Below, one piece after another: positions 63,179 through 64,000 of a DNA stretch of 64,000 nucleotides. How positions within the stretch are numbered: position 1 is the stretch's first letter; each line of letters starts with the position of its first letter. The translations under genes and the position numbers were made by a program. The stretch spans positions 248,001 to 312,000 of the forward strand of contig JALMLS010000015.1 in assembly GCA_038496445.1 (NCBI GenBank), written 5' to 3'. Origin of the DNA: Trichosphaerium sp. ATCC 40318 (taxonomy: Eukaryota > Protista > Tubulinea). Under the pieces are notes generated by a model. That model did no database searches and was not told the DNA's origin. It saw only the letters and a program-made list of their open reading frames with translations.

Positions 63179-64000
63179 TTATAACAATAAGACTAATACA
63201 ACTACGATCAATGCCATTGTAACTTTTAACACAAGCGAAGAAGAAGGTGGAGCAACAGTAGTAGGTGGTGGGGTAGGCATAATTGGCGCTGCTGTAGTTG
63301 CTTCAGTAGGCGCTTCAGTAGTTGGCGGTGGGGTAGGCATAATTGGTGCCTCTGTAGTTGCTTCAGTAGGCGCTTCAGTAGTTGGCGGTGGAGTGGGCAT
63401 AATTGGTGCTGCTGTAGTTGCTTCAGTAGGCGCTTCAGTAGTTGGCGGTGGAGTGGGCATAATTGGCGCTGCTGTAGGTGCTGTAGTTGGTTCAGTTGGT
63501 GTTATTACTTCACTGATATTAGACCTTCCTGAAACCCACACGCATGAACTGCTAGATGTACGTTGTATAACAAACCACCACTAAAAAAATATGATTGAGT
63601 ATAAAGATATTTTACCAGTTCGGGAACAGAATAACGTACACCCATGGTTACTGTACCGGTTCCATTTTCTGGAGCTGTCCACGTGAATGTTATGTCACTG
63701 TCCTTTACTGCTCCATTCACGTGACGAAGAGTACCATAGCAATCAGGCGCAGCAAAGAGGTTTGTGTCAGTAGAAAGAATAGTAGGTTCAGAAGAATCTA
63801 TTGTTCCAACAATCTCACCAAATGGTGCACTACCAGTGTAGAAAGAAATTGTTGCTCCCTACGAACAAAAGGACGTGAGTAACAAAGAAAAACAGGCTAC
63901 AAGTTTTCGGAGCTAGCGAAAAAAAAAGACGCACTGTGTAAGAGACATTGGCGTTACCTGTAACAGTGAAAGTATAATTGGCGTCTGCGACGTATTCTGA
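63179..64000 (-). CDS. Reeler-domain protein with Pro/Thr mucin-like stalk and hydrophobic C-terminus (GPI signal or TM); 5' end outside window
   Basis: ITFTWTAPENGTGTVTM Reeler motif; 20-aa tandem repeats; ends SSSLVLKVTMALIVVVLVLLL*. Confidence 0.75.
63255..63490 (-). repeat. Coding tandem repeat, ~4 x 60 bp
   Basis: The unit encodes TTAAPIMPTPPPTTEAPTEA. Confidence 0.9.

Noticed and set aside
63255-63490. CRISPR-like array
   Set aside because: Head-to-tail 60-bp coding repeats without unique spacers in a eukaryotic gene.

Overview
Eukaryotic, AT-rich, gene-dense DNA with many short GT-AG introns (mostly about 40-60 nt; donors often GTACG/GTAAG). The gene content suggests a free-living protist, possibly an amoebozoan (inference only). 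Splicing by hand gives about 17 genes. These include tandem paralogous type-I membrane proteins, a NADAR-GAT fusion, two F-box proteins, condensin CAP-G continuing in frame into BRCT domains, and a doubled ELAPOR-like receptor. Also present are an ankyrin protein, a ~12-kb secreted giant protein of bacterial appearance, an ADAM-type protease with a ricin-B lectin, a class C GPCR, RasGAP, PPIL4 and a Reeler protein. The most striking element is a 320-bp non-coding miniature LTR retroelement (3744-4063). It has identical 77-bp TG..CA LTRs, a 4-bp TSD, a PBS and a PPT. It carries a tRNA-type Pol III promoter split between the LTR (A box/D-arm) and the internal region (B box), with the PBS where the anticodon arm would be. 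Family assignments come from motif recognition, not database searches. Gene coordinates span start to stop including introns.
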